DNA of 64,000 nt from Lama glama. Lineage: Eukaryota. The stretch covers positions 21,020,001-21,084,000 of the forward strand of contig CM052818.1 in assembly GCA_028534125.1 (NCBI GenBank). The letters run 5' to 3'. Shown one piece after another: positions 23,154 to 37,300 of this stretch. Below the pieces are notes generated by a model that did no database searches, was not told the DNA's origin, and saw only the letters and a list, made by a program, of their open reading frames with translations. Both the position numbers and the translations under genes were made by a program. Positions within the stretch are counted from its first letter, which is position 1. Every line of letters begins with the position of its first letter.

Positions 23154-24829
23154 TGCGCTCTGAGTCTCTGCAGGTACTGTTAACATCCTGGGCCTTAGTC
23201 CTTGCCCAGCTGCCCTTCCAAAGGGACCGTACCAGCTCAAGGTTCTGGGCAGTAGCTCAAAGTTGGGGGCTGACAGGAAGAGGCCCTAGACCTCCCTCTG
23301 CCCTGCTACCCAGGAGTTCCCTGGAGAGAGTGGCCCATCAGGCATAAGCGCTCTGGCCATCTTGGTTTCATCTTTCCCTCCTTCCACCAAACTGTTAAAA
23401 CACTTTATTCTACAGACACATTGCAAACAAATCTGATCTTGCAACTGCTCTGACCTGGAGTCTGCCACAAGGCAGAAGAATGGCAAGAATGCACCAGGAT
23501 GCTTTTACTGGTGTGTGTGAAGAGGCTTGGCATCAGATAATGAAGGCAGACCCAGATTTTTAAAGACCTGAGACAGCAATGTCGTGTCACCAGCTCTCTT
23601 TCTCCCAGTAGCAGTGGGATCATAATTGCAGTTCAGGGACGGTGCCTCACTCAGTTTTCCACTCTGTCAAGTAGTTTCAGCTTCTATCCTAATTTGCTGC
23701 TCTATTAAGAATTTCCAGATTATTGGTGGTTGCTTCCTTTCTCTGAAGAAAAACTGAAATATTGTTTTTCCACCTTCGTTCTATGCATTCAAGTCAAAGC
23801 CTCTGGTTTCTCTCTATGGTAGGAATGAAATAGCCCAGCCTGGCTGAATTCAGGATGGAAATGTTTGTGGAATTTTTACCTGGGAGCTGGTAAGAGGAGA
23901 ATGGGGCTGGAGAAGCTCTGAAAACCCAGAGGAGCTGGGTTCTGACCACCTGCAGGCGTGGTCATGTGTGCATTTGTCCAAACTGCAAGTTTTCCTTCTG
24001 GCCTTGGCTTACGCTCTCTGGATTCACATTATGTTCCTGTCCCTCAGGCCTGGCCCAGCCCTTTCCGCGAAGCTTTCCACAAGCCCCGCCAGGCCACAGT
24101 GACCTGTCGCTGCTTACACAGCCGTCAGATTGGGTACAGCATGATCCAGGGGTTAGCTGCATGCTCTTATTGCTTAACTGTGAGACTTCTTTCCTTAAGA
24201 AGATGGAAAGCTTGATGAAGGCAAAGTCTATGTTTTCTTAGCACTGGGTTGGGTAGAAAGTGTAGGTGAATGAATAATTGTACCAATTAAAAGATGGCTT
24301 GGCCAAGGCCTTTCCCAAGGATGCCAAGCTTTTATAATTAAGAAAATGGAAAACTTGTATTAGCTGCATTCTTCTCAGAGAGTGTGAGAGCAAGCCTCAC
24401 ATGCTGTGCTCAATCTCATGGGAAAAAGGACAATGTGGCTAGAAGAGACATTCGGGGGCATTCATCAGATAGTTGCTACACTTTTTTTCTAAAGGGTTTG
24501 CAAGTTTGTACCAGAGTCAAACTGGTCGGAAGACAGAGAAGGGCTTGGTTACTTCACCCCTATCATCAGGGAAAGCTGGCATGTGTCCAGATGTGTTTGA
24601 AAGGCACCATCCTCTGAGCCTTCCCTGGCACTCACAGCTCTCCATCTGGCCTGACAGCTGGAACACAAACTTAGTATATTCTTAATCCATCTTTCTAAAA
24701 TAAATGGATGCACAAAGGGAATTGAAAAGAACTAATCGAGTTTTCCTCCCAGGAGGAAAATGATTGTTCATGTCGAACTCTCTCTTGGTTGAAAGGGAAC
24801 AGATAAACTGTTTCTGGAGTTTGTGTTCC

Positions 24830-24970
24830 CTAGCCTTGCTAGTCTCTGTGTGGTCCATGGACAGCATCAGTATCACTTGGCAACTTGTTAGAAATGCAGA
24901 ATCTTCGGTGCCACCCCAGACCTACTGGATTCGAGTCTGAACTTTAAAGAGATTTGTATGTGCTGCTCTA
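24830..24970. mobile_element. MER5-like hAT-Charlie MITE
   Basis: GTGTGGTCCATGGACAGCATCAGTATCACTTGGCAACTTGTTAGAAATGCAGAATCT...CCACCCCAGACCTACTG. Confidence 0.8.
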
Positions 24971-25699
24971 TAGAGCACAGAGAAAACCATGGTCATAGCC
25001 TGGAGTGCGGAACTGAAAATAAACCCTCGATGTGAATAATGGCAGCTACAAACCATCTCTTAAGCGATATCTTTATTGAAATCTACCATGTACCTAGTCC
25101 CGAGTCAGACACTGCAGGAAAAAAAATCGGCAGGGGCCCTGTGAGTAAGAGCCCACACTGGGATTTCAACCTCGAACCCTGCCCACCCCTCCCTGTACAA
25201 GCCCTGACTGAGGGGCGGGCTCTTGCCAAATGGAATTCTCTGTAGCGCAGCCTCTGGGGTGACACCAGTCACATGGAAGGCCCTTGTTTTAAGCAATAAC
25301 AAGCCATTAATATTGAGCTACCAAATCTTCAGGGAGGACAGCCCAGTCCTAACCTCCGTCATAACATTTTTCTTTTGCGATGAAGCATTGCCGGGTTTGC
25401 TGAAAGCTCATTCAGTGTTGTTAATGCTCTAGCACTCAGGCCTCCCCAGGTTCAGGGTGAGGATTAGGGGGTCGAGGGTGCAGTCCTGGCCTATCAGCCC
25501 AGAGGCACAGCTGTGCTGTTGAAGGCTATGCTCCCTGCATTGTATCTTGTGAACGGAGTTATTTCAGGATGCTATGCACAAAATTGTAGCTTCTGGAGTC
25601 AAACTGCCCTGGGTTCATTTCTAGGCTCTGTCATTTGCTAGCTTTTTGACCTGGTACAAGTTTCGATTTTCCAGCTAGTAATAAAGTGATAATTTATTT

Positions 25700-28400
25700 C
25701 TTGCTTAATTTGGATGAAATCTAATTTCTCTTTTTTATGGATTTTTTTGATGTTATGTCTAAGAAATCTTTGCCAAAGTCATAAAAATCTTCTAAGTTTC
25801 CTTCTAGATATTATATAATCTAAGGTTTTATATTTGGTTCTATGATCCATTTTTAGTTTTGAATACACTACAAGGTATGGAGGGTACCAAAAGGTTCTTT
25901 CTTCCTTCTCTTACCTTTATTTTTCTTTTTGACTTGTGGATATGTAATTGTTCCGGTACCATTTACCAAAAAGACCATCCTTTTTCCTTTGAATTTTTGG
26001 CTTTGCCTTTTTGTGAAAAATCACTGACAATATATTTTTGGGCCTATTTTTGAACCCTCTATTCTGTTCTATTGATCTCCATGTCTGTCCTTGGGCCAAT
26101 ATCCCATTGTTTTTATTTCATTAGCTTTATGGTAAGCCTTAAAACCAGGTGGTAGAGGACCATAGTCTTGGTTCTTTTTTTATAAACAATATCTTGGCAA
26201 TCCTAGGTCTGTTTAGTTCCACAAAAATTTTATAATTGGCTTGTTAATTGCTACAAAAAACACAGCTAGAATTTTGCATTGAATCTACAGATAAGTTTGG
26301 AAAGAAATGATATCTTTACAGAAGGAATTGATTCGTCTAATTCATGAACACAGTATATTTCTCCATATATATATGTCTTTAATTTTTCTCAGAAATATTC
26401 TATAATTTCCAGTGTATAAGTCTTGCATATCTTTTGTTAAATTTATTTCCAAGTATTTTTGTTACTCCTGTAAATTAACTTTTTTCAATTTCATTTTCTA
26501 ATTGTTTGCTGCCAGTATATAAAAACAAAATTAAATTTTGCATATTTTTTATGTGACCTTGTTAAATTCATTTATTTGTTGCCATAATAATTTTGTAGAT
26601 TCTTTAGAACTTTCTACCTAAAAAAATTAGGTCATCTGCAAACAGAGATAGTTTTAATTCTTGCTTTCTGATCTTTAAACCTTTTCTTTCTTTTTATTGC
26701 AGTGGCTAGTGTTGCCAGTATGACGTTGAACAGAAGTGATGAAACTGGACATCCTTGCCTTGTTCTCAGGCTTATTGGGTAAGTGTTCAGTATTTCATCT
26801 TTATACCCTTGAACAAACTGAAGAAGTTCCTTTCTCTTCCTAGATTGCAGAAAGTTTTTATCATAAATGCATGCTAAATTTTGTCACCTGCTTTCTGTGC
26901 ATCTATCAAAGTGATCGTGATTTTTCTCCTCTAATCTGTTAATGTGGTGAATTACACTGATTAATTTTTGAATTTTAAGTCAATTTTGCCTTCCTGGGAT
27001 AAACCCTCATTGGTCATAATATGTTATTCTTTTGTAGATGTTGTTGTTGGGTTTAATCTGCTAATATTTGTTAAGAATTTTTATATCTATGTTCATAAGG
27101 GATATTGGCCTCTTTTGTGTATGGATTTGATGGGTTTTAGTATTAAAGTTTTGCTGGCATCATAAAACAAGTTGAGAGGTGTATCCCATCTTCCTCTATT
27201 TTCTGAAAAAACAGTTTACGTATGCTTGATGTCTTTTCTTCTTTGAATATTTGATAGAATTTACCAGTGAAATCACCTGGGCCTAGAATTCAGATTTTCT
27301 GTTTCATCTTGAGTAAATGCTAGGAGGGATTTATCTGTTTTTAAAAATTTCTCTTTTATCTGTTTTGTAGAAATCATTCATGTAAAGTTCTTCACAACTT
27401 TCCCACATTTTCCTTTTATTATTTTAATGTCTGTAGGGCCTGTCATGATAATCCCTTTTCATTTCTTGGTAATATTTTTCTTGAGTGGCCTAACAAGACT
27501 TACAAAATTCTTTGTTCCTTACAAAGAAATGACTTTGGTGTTTGCTAATAATGTTTATTGCTTGTCTGCTTCTTATTACATTTATTTGTGCTCTCATATT
27601 TATTATGTTAGTTGTTCAACAGTCGTCTCACAGCATCTAATGGGGATTGGTTGTGGGACCCCTGTGGAAACCAAAATTCATACATGCTCAAGTACCTTAT
27701 ATAAAATGGCCTGTATAAATCTGCATCCCTGAGCTCCACATCCATGGATATGGAGGGCCAACTTTACTTTGGGTTCAAGTGGAATCTTAAGTTGCTGATT
27801 TTAGACCTTTCTTTCTTTCCAATATAAGCATTTAAAGCCAGAAATTTCCTCTAAGCAGTCCTTCAACTGCAACGCACAAGTTGTGTTGTATTTTCACTAT
27901 CATTAAATTTTAGATATTTTCTTTTTTCTCTCTGATTTCTTCTTTCACTCGGGTTGTTTAGAAGTGTCTGTTTAATTTCCTAATATCTGGGTTTTTCTTA
28001 GGTATCTTATTTTTATTGATTCCTAATTTTATTACTTTGTGATTAGAGGATACACACTACTATTATTTCAATATTTCTATTTTATTAGGATTTGTTCTTT
28101 TAGCCAAAGATATGGTATCTCTAGTGAACTTATGCAGCTGAAAAAGATGTCCTTCAGTTGTTGGATGTAGTGGTGTATAAATTCCAATAAGTTGTTCAAA
28201 ACCTCTATGTCTTTACTGAATTTTTTGTCTGGTGGTTCTATCAGTTGCAGAGAGATGTATTAAAATATCCTGCTATAATTGTAAATTTTTCTATTTCTTC
28301 TTTTATTCTGTCATTTTTGGTATCGTGTATCTTGAGGCTCTATTCTTAGGCACAGACACATTTATGATTATTATGCCTTTCTTGTTAATTGATCCTTTAT
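25700..28400 (-). mobile_element. Long ancient L1 ORF2 region (L1M)
   Basis: T-rich antisense L1. Minus-strand peptide remnants such as QTWRSIEQNRG...KDGLFGKWYRNNYIST. Typical motifs GGACATCCTTGCCTTGTTC and GGGATAAACCC. Confidence 0.85.
27620..27764. mobile_element. MER2-like Tigger derivative nested in the L1
   Basis: GGGGATTGGTTGTGGGACCCCTGTGGAAACCAAAATTCATACATGCTCAAGTACCTTATATAAAATGGC ... CCATGGATATGGAGGGCCAACT. Confidence 0.75.
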
Positions 28401-28419
28401 ACTTAAAGTTTTAATTATT

Positions 28420-28991
28420 TTTGACTTTTTTGAGGAATAATTGAAATATAATTGTATGCAGTTAAACTATGCAATGTGATGATTTCACATACATTGTAGA
28501 ATGATTATTAAGATCAAGACAACTAACACACCTATCACCTCATGTAGTTAACACAGTTAACTCGTGTATGTGTGTGCGTGTGTGTGTGCATGTGTGGTGA
28601 GAATGCTTAAGACCTACTCTCAGCAACTTTCAAGTATCTAGAACTGTATTATTAACTATAGTCACTATGTTGTACATTAACTCCTCAGAACTTAATTTTC
28701 TTACAACTGAACATTTGTATCCTTTGACCTATATGATCCCATTTCCACCTCCTCCTCTAGCTCCTGGCAATCACCATTCTATATTCTATTTCTATGAAAT
28801 CAGTTTTTTTTTTTTAGATTGCATATATAAGTAATAGCACACAGTATTTGTCTTTCTCTGTCTGGCTTATTTCACTTAGCACAATGCCCTCCAGATTTAT
28901 CCATGTGTAACAAATGGCAGAATTTCCTTCCTTTTTATGGCTGAATAATATTTCACTGCATGTATATATACCACATTTTCTCTATCGATTC
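28420..28991 (-). mobile_element. L1MA8/9-like 3' end
   Basis: CAACTAACACACCTATCACCTCA...(TG)n GTGGTGAGAATGCTTAAGA...CAGTATTTGTCTTTCTCTGTCTGGCTTATTTCACTTAGC. Confidence 0.85.
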
Positions 28992-30449
28992 TCACTGCCC
29001 AGAAGGCTACTGAGGATGCAAGCTCATTTCACTTTCCCCAGTTCTTGCTTCTAAGCTACAGGATGACTTTGAAGAGCTTGCTTGCTTCATCTGCTTTGTC
29101 AACTCAACTCACAGGAAAGGAAACCTCTTCTGTTTCCTAGGACTTTACTACTTCTTCCCAAAGACAGCAGGAATAAGAGAAAATAAGTCATTCTTGAATA
29201 ATCCATTGAATTGCTTTATTTTAAAAATCATTGTTGTTTCTAAAACTAGGATACATTTTTGAAACTCTCCTGCCTGGAACCCAGGCCAGGAAACATCACA
29301 TAATTAGAAAATGCACCCTTAACAAGAGTTGGAAGCCAGCAGAAGTGCCTTCATCCATCCCAGGCACTGGACAGGGAGAGACATAAGCAGAAGCATGTGG
29401 TGTTGGCATGTGCTTTTATTGAGTGAGATGTGATGTTCAGAAAGTCTAGAGCATGTATGCCAAGTGGAAATTCTTTCAGTAACAGTGCATTAGCCAATGC
29501 CCTCTCTTCCCACCTTCCTTCTTCTCCTCCTTGTTCTTTCTTATACACAGTCATGGAATAAGAGCATCTCTCCTTGGCTGGGTCAGAGTGGGGCGTCACC
29601 TTCTTGACCCTGTCAGTGAATGTTTGTAGTGCTTTGCTATTTTCTCAGCTGGGTGCACATGTGATTATAGGGTGGAGGTCTACTCTACCCTGGGGCTTCC
29701 TTGATTTGCAGACCTCAGTTTAGATGCCAGTTCTCTTAGAATATTTAAACAGAACACAAACACCTCCCCCTACCACCTCCAGTTTCCTCATCCTCTTTCC
29801 TTCTGCCCCCTTTCCTCCTTCCCAAATAAGTGATTATCTAAATCTATTAGTAAAAGTTTTGCTACCTGGAGTGGTGAGTTTCTTTATTTCTGAATGTTTT
29901 TCCTGCCTCAGTCTCCCTAAGTCTTTGGCATGGAGAACACGTGTCAAGAACAGAGCAGAGCATCTGGGTCTGAGGCAGAGGTGCCTGTCCAGCTAGGGAT
30001 CAGGTACAATTTCCAAGACCTCAGGATAGTGTGGCTGCTCAGGCTTTGCTCCTAGTGGGTTTCAGTAGTTTGGGCAATGTTGCTTATCCCCCCAGAGAGC
30101 ATCTGCAGTGGTCCTTCAAGAGGCAACAGAGCTCTGGAGGCCCTTCTGAAACAGGCCAGGACGTCTGTAGATGTCACCCAGGGAAATAATGACACAAGCA
30201 AAACCATCGCTGTCTCAGTGTCACAGGGCTGCTACTGTGCATAACTTTAGTTCCAAGAGCCAAAACTGAACTTTCAGTCTAAGAGCCCTTTCTGTGCCAT
30301 CAACATCCTGCTCTGCACTTACCGCCAGACAAATGATGCCCCCCTGAAATTTTAGAGATTTGTATTCTCACTAGGGACTTAAAAAAAAAAAAAACTTCAC
30401 TTTCCAGATTCCTCCTCTGAGTGGCCTGTGGGAGGAGATGTCTGTAAGA

Positions 30450-31800
30450 AATTGTGGGTAGATATCTCAGACAGGAAAAAAAAAAAAGGCACTTTAAATA
30501 GACAAATCAGTCCAAACCGCTAAGGTTATAACTCTTTTTTCCCCTTTCCAGCAGAATAGTAAAACAGACGCGTTATTGGCAGCTCATTAGTGCTGAGAGA
30601 GGCCGTCTCCAGCATGACATCAGCCCACAGCTTGACCCAAATCTATTATTTCACCAGAAAGCCTTAACGCTGCCGGCTTTCCAACAGTACAGAAGACGCA
30701 CATGGGGGGAGAAGGGAAGAAGACATAAATAAGATACAGATTGGAGACTTTTTGATGTGTTTAGCACATTTTTGTGACTTCCTTTAATACCACAGACCTT
30801 GCGTTCTTCCAAGATTAGGAGAACAAAAGACAAGCCTGAGATGCTGGTGAGGGGGTGGGGAGGAGGGCAACCCATTCAATAAAAAGTTCCGTTCGCCTAA
30901 TTAACATTTTTAATTCAAACGCCCAAAAGGGGAGGCAAAAATAGGAAGAGAAGAATGCATACCACCGTTGAGTAACTTCAGATATAAAAAGCCCCTTCAT
31001 TAAATCAGTTGTTTTTTAATTCATAATTGAACTTAAATAAAGAGCGACCTATAGGCAGCTGGTTCTAATATCGAGTCCCCACCACACATGAAAGACGCAT
31101 TTATTCCTGCAGCAGCCTCCCTACCCTTGGGTGTTATCAGCTGAACATGTTTTGAACCTACCTAATGCATTTGAGGTAGCTTGGGTTTATTTTTCTTTCA
31201 ATAAAATAAATGGTTTTGTAATTAAATTTCTGCACTGCCTGTGCTTAATGGTTACATTGACAAGTGCTAATGTATGGCAAGAGAATGAGTTTGAAATGAA
31301 ACATGCTGTTTTCAAATCTGCAAGCAATTTTGCAGTGGGGCAATCAAACCCCTCGTGCCAGCGAAACATTTTCATTAATCGGCTCCCGCGCCCCTGCCCA
31401 CTCGGCCGGCCGCGCGAGGACACTTTTTAGCTCCCTCTCTGCACACCCCCGCCCCCCGCCCTTTTCTCAAACACACACACGCGCACACACACGCACAAGT
31501 ATCATGAAGCGAGCCGTTGTTTGAAACCATTTTGTGGTCTCTGGCAGGCGGGCCGGTGGAAATTCGCTGACTTTACACCGTGAAATGTTACAGCTGTCTC
31601 CTCCGAAGGGACTGGCTGCTTCAACGTTTCAATCCCTGGCAGCCGGTCAACGAGAAAATCTGTCCCTCTGTTTTCCCTTTTTTTTTTTTTTAAACTTTTT
31701 CCCCTTAGCTAAATTTACTTTTGAATAAATCTTCTCATAGAAAATAGAGAACGGCTATTACATCTCTGGACTCAGTCGGTGCAAACCACTTCAAGCCATG
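30450..31800. promoter_or_regulatory. Putative conserved non-coding/enhancer block with a small CpG patch
   Basis: No recognisable repeats. Many TAAT/ATTA cores and retained CpGs, with a GC-rich patch at about 31370-31630. Function is inferred only. Confidence 0.45.
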
Positions 31801-32967
31801 GCAAAGGAGGCGGCCTTCCAGTCTCGCGCTTGTAGGAAGGTTGGTGCGTGGAAACCTGGATGGCGGTGGTGGATCCACTTCCACCCCACCGCCTGGGGAC
31901 AGGAGCCTGCGGCGCACGCTCAGGTCTGCGCAGGTCAGACAGTGGACACACGACCTGAGGACCCTGTCCCTTCCCTGGAAGGCCTGTGTTTCATCTGACC
32001 ACTAGAGGGACGGATTCCTGGAGCGGCGGCTGCTCTGGAGCTTCCTGGGCCCCATCAAATGCCGAGATGGGTGTACAAGGACCACGCTGTGTGGGGCATG
32101 TGCAGATGGAGAGCCAAGGGGTCCCTGGCTCAGTAGCTGCCCACAAGGTGTGCGGCTCAGCCTCTTCCCTCCAGACTCAGGGAGAGGAGCCAAGGGTGGC
32201 CCGTCGGAATGCTGACTCACCCTCAGGGCGGGCCAGAATTACAAGCTGTCCCACCCCAGCACTGCTTCCTCTTGTGTGTGCTAGGACAGTGTTCAGGGGA
32301 AGGGCTTCTGTGTGGTCCCCGCATCCCCGAATTTACTGCAGTAGAAGATAGAGGAGATGGCTGCTTACTGACTTCAGAAGCATGAGGAACGTTCTCACCA
32401 TCTCAGAATCCCCTGCCCCTTTCCAAAGGTGTGAGTTGCCTTTAATAGGGCATGAACTTTTCATTTCATAAGAGGCTTGACTACAGAAATCTTTGGGAGG
32501 GAGACATAGGGACTCACATCTTCACTACGATGTCAATGATGGGCAAGGCAAAGCCGGTCATGAGAGGACGAAAGAAAAAGCACCCAATTTACCAGCGTCT
32601 GAACGGCAGGAGGGGAACTCTTGGAAAGGGTGAGGGCAAAGAATAGGAGTGACTAGTGTCATAGCCAGCAGACACCTTCACAGTGGCCCTGAGAAGAAGT
32701 GGAAAGTCCCTCGATTCAACAACTGCCAGCTGACTTAGAGAAGAGGGAGAGACTTCGTGTTTTCCAGAGTCCAGGGGCAGAGGAGAGGCCCATGTCCCCA
32801 GTAGAGGAACCGAAAGGTAGTGAGGAAGTAAAGCAGGAGGGCAGCTCACATGGGCCTTGGATGAGTGTGATGAAACTAAGATACAAATATTGTGGGAGCA
32901 CTGTCATCTACCACTCAGTCTACCACTCGAGTGATTATACCCGTTACCCCATACAGCAGTGGAACAC

Positions 32968-34330
32968 TTCTCATTCATTCACTCGTGCATTCAGCAAAGA
33001 TTAAGTCCTCACTATATGCAAGCCATGTTGCCAGGTCTGCCAAGGTGCAGGCAGACCGAAGACCAGCCCTCTCAAGGAAGAAGTAAGTGCGGTAATGGGG
33101 ATACAAACAAAATGCTACGTGACTTCAGTTCTGCCAGGAGGAAGAAGAGAAAGCCTCATGGAGGAGTTGGGACTGAAAAGATGGACAGGATTTCAGAAGG
33201 AGAGAATGATGTTCTAGGGTAAGGAACCAGCATAAGCATGACAGAAACAGCATAACATGGAGGTAGGAAAGTAAAAGCTGTATCCGGAGGATGCTGAGTG
33301 GTCTCAAATGAGAGGAGAAGAAGGCAAATGCCTGTGTGTATGGGGCAGGTGGGGGGAGGCTCTAGGGGAGGCAGTGTTGGTGGGGGTGGGAAGGGAAATG
33401 GAATTGAAGTTGAGCTGGGCCCATAGTGAGGGTCCTGATCAGCAGGCTACAGAAGCCATGCTTTATTTTGCAAACCGCTGGCACCTCTTAAAGGTGTTGG
33501 AGCCTTGGGGAGATGGGGAGGGGGGAAGGGAGTGGTGATGTGACCCCATCTGTGTATTTGTTATAGACCCTGTGAGCCATTAAAAAAGGAGCAGGCTGAG
33601 GAGGGAAGACAGTGGAGGCAGGGGGACCAGGGGCTATTTCGGTAGCCCAGCTCAGAGAAGAGGAGGGCTGGCAAGACACAGGCAGCATTCCTGGAGAGAA
33701 GGAATGGGTGCTGGGCACCCTGCAGGGGTCAGGGGCAACCAGTGAGATGTGGTGGGAGGAAGGGAAGCACCAACAGGTAGTTTGCTGTGTCGCGGGCGCC
33801 TGGGAAAATGCTCATGGCCATGACAGAGACAAGGGAGCACTGAGAGAAGTGGTTTTGGGGAAGGGAGAGAAAAACACATCAGTTCCAATTAGATACATGG
33901 AGTTGGAGTTCCTGGCAGTGATTTTGAAGAAACAATATCCAAGCCACAGTAGAGGGAGAAATGGACCAAACAGGAGAGGAGCATCCACATTGAGAGGTGT
34001 GCAGCAGACGAGAGGGAACAGCAGGGGGAGCTTGAGATGAGCCAAGAGGAAAAGGGAGGAGAGTCTGGAAGAAGAGCTGGAACACATTTCTGATGCTTCA
34101 GGGAGGCCCCCTAGGGGAGGCGGTGAGCTGGTTGGGTTCGGCAATAAAGAGAACAGTAGTTATCTCTGGGAGGATAGTCTAAGTAAAGCGGAAGTAGGGG
34201 GTAGAGGCAGCAAGAATGGACTTAAGCTTCTAGTGAAATGTGAAAGGAAAGATTTGGGGAGGTGGTGGGCCCTTGAACAATATTTAGTGTGGAATCGATA
34301 AGGAGGGGGAGACTGAAAAGACATCAGAGA
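32968..34330 (-). mobile_element. Degraded L2 (antisense, purine-rich)
   Basis: Begins TCATTCATTCACTCGTGCATTCAGCAAAGATTAAG..CACTATATGCAAG (L2 tail). A long A/G-rich body follows. The far boundary is uncertain. Confidence 0.55.
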
Positions 34331-37300
34331 GGGGACTCCCTGCTGGAACTTGCTCATGGGAGAGGCAGAAAGGGGTGGAGGGATCGGCTTCAGAAAGCAG
34401 CAGGAAGAAGGGGTGAAGGGGCAGAGATCAAGGCAAGGGTGGGGAAGGAGGAAGATTCCTTGAGGAAGGAACCAATGAGATCGCATGCAGAGAGTAGGGC
34501 TGCAGATGGAGGTGATGGTAAGAGCGGAGTGACTCGGAAATTGGAGGTAGGCAGGAAATGGGGTGGAAAGTCAAGCAGGAATGAGTAACAGGGCATGAGC
34601 AGCACCAAGAAGCAAACTGAAGACAGAAACCTGGCTCGGCCCAGAGTACATGGCCATGACGTATGCTCTAGCTGTCCCAGGCCGTCTGCGAGGAGGAGCA
34701 CAAGCGGGGAGCATGTGGTGGGGACACTCAGGCTGTGGGTGGCACCATGGCTACAGTAGGAAGCCAGAAGCAAGGGCCTTAGGCGCCAACCAGGGAGAAT
34801 TTGACAGCAGGAAGCCTTTTAGTTGTGACATGTGTGAACTTCACCTCCGAGACTGGTACAGCCTCGTCTTGGGCTGAAATTTGAAGAGCAAATTTGGAAA
34901 ACTCAAAAAATACACACCCACTACCAGAGAGAATTGTAAACTAGAGGTTGAGAAAATGAACTCCCAGAGCAGCCTCTTCTTCTCCCCTCGGCTTGCCTGT
35001 GCCACTTGATCCAGGCAGATCACTTCAACTTTTTCCGTCATTACCCCTATGTGCCTACCTCTGGGACACGTTCTGTTGATTTACTAACTTCCCAGAAAAA
35101 AGGTGTGATTTAAATAAAGGTAACCTGGCAAAGAAAGAGGTTTGAGTCTACAAAATTCTGTGGTTCTTGCCCTCTTGTTGCAGCAGTAAAACCAAACAAA
35201 AACAAACAAGCAAAACCTGTTTTGCAGAAACCTCCATTGGTCTTTCCACTTGTTCTTGACATTCAATGGAATTGTCAAAGCTAACCAGATACTGAACAGA
35301 TTCTACCCAGTTCAGCCTGGGAGAGTGAGCCCTGTCAGAGCTGTGGTCAGGTCTCGCTCCACACGGATGGTGGATCCCGACGGAGGTTGCAGTCACCTCA
35401 AGGGCTGACTCTTCTGTCGGGGCAGCATCCTAGCCTCGACCAAGTGGAGAAAGAATGGGAAGAACTGAGGCTCACTGTCCATGGTCAGAAAGCCTCAAAC
35501 AGGGGACAATTCCGGAGGAAGGGACACAAGGCACCTTGGTGCCATCCACCATGACCCATCTGACAAGGGGAAGTGGTTCCATGGGGTATGTCCTGCTGTA
35601 CCTCCTTCAAGCATCTCCAAGTCCCTTCCCAAAGCCCTAAGGAGACTTTTGAAGCCACTCCTTGTCACGCATTGACTTTCAGCTCAGACACTGTGCCACT
35701 AGCAGGACGGAGTGAGAAAAACAAAGAGCCCCAAAAAGGCCTCCATGGTGTCAGCACCCAGGTTCTGGCGGCCTAGAATCTCATGACCACTGAGACACCC
35801 AGGCATGGTTTGAGGTGGGGACCACAAGGAGCCTCCTCTACAGCTTCAGCATGGACTGAGCATCCAGCATTCATGATATGTCCCGGTTCTCCAGTGAGCT
35901 CTTTGTATTTTCCACATCTATGTGGAAGAATGAATTTCAGAAGTTGACTTCCAGTATCTAAAATGTTCATATCTTTCTCTCCCAAAGGAGCCCCCTTACC
36001 AGCCTGAATCTGATGACCCACCAAAGAGAAGAAGTAAAGGGTCACAGTTGGGATTTACAGTGTATTAAGCCCTTTGCCATGCGTTCATTTGGGCTAAATA
36101 TTTCACAGTGTACCTGTTATTTAGGCAACGCCATCCCTGTTTTACTGGGAGGAGCTGAGTTTGAATCATATCTGGGTTAAAAAACCTCCACCCGTTCTCG
36201 GATTTCTTCTTCCTCCAAGCCTGTCACACCATTGTGTGCTACCCTATAGTGACATCTATCTCTCCAAATTAGAAAGTCCTCCCATGCTGATGCTCCCCAT
36301 GTTGGTTTCTGTGTGGAAGAGGGCTAGACACCCAAACATGTTGGCTGGAAACCAATAAATCTTTCATCCAAGTATTCACTGACACCTATGGTATGCTCAG
36401 TGAGAGAGGAAAGAGAGCCCATCTGCAAGGACATGGCTACTGCTTTGGGTGCAGAAAAACATGTCCGCTTGCCTCATCTTCCTTATAGCCAGCCCCCAAG
36501 GCGTGGATTACGGTCTCAAGATGCAGAACAAACCTCATGAAATAACTCTGAGGACCCGGTGAGCTCCAATGGGCACCATCCTGTACGAGGGAGTTCCAAA
36601 GCAGCCTTCTTTGGACCTTCTTCAGTGGTGGCAAAGGTGCCACTGGGAGGGGGGCACCATTGGACCCCCAGCTGAATGTACCTTCCTTTGCTTCCTTCAT
36701 GTCTCCCCTGAACCTGGAGGAAGCCAGCCAACACTGGATGAGAAAAACGGGAGTGTTCTGGTGAAAAAAGCAAGTGAGCTCGGCTTGCTAAGGCAGCTCA
36801 TGCTTTATGTGGCAGAACTGATTGAGCACCGTGATTCACCCTCCCCTTGGCCTTCAGCCCTTGTTAACACTTCCAGGAAGGAAGCTGCACAGAGAAAGGA
36901 GGGGAAGAGGGAGGGAATCCAGGACAATTCCCCCCTCAGTGAGAAGGTGCCGGGCTTGGGAGCGCGGAGGGCAGAACCTGAAGGCTGGCTGCTGAGAGGG
37001 ACAGGGAAGGCTGGGTGCGTTGAGGCCAAAGTGCTCGTTATGAGAACTTTCTTAATGACCGTAAGTCCTGAGGGAGGCATGTGAGCAGTGCCTGGCGCCA
37101 GCCATGCTTGCACGGGGCCTCCTGTGCAGATGGAAAACGTGTAGGGAGTGAGGGAGGAGAGTGAGAAGAGACTGCGTGGCTGCTGATAGTGACTGATGGC
37201 CTTGGGAAGGCAGGTCTGGCTCCTGTGGGATCAGGTTTTACTGGAACGAGAGACAAAGATTAGTGACTTTCAGGTAAGAGAGAACCCCGGTTCCCAGTTT

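Noticed and set aside
36569..37084. 171-aa ORF
   Set aside because: No recognisable domain, and overlapping ORFs on both strands suggest chance.
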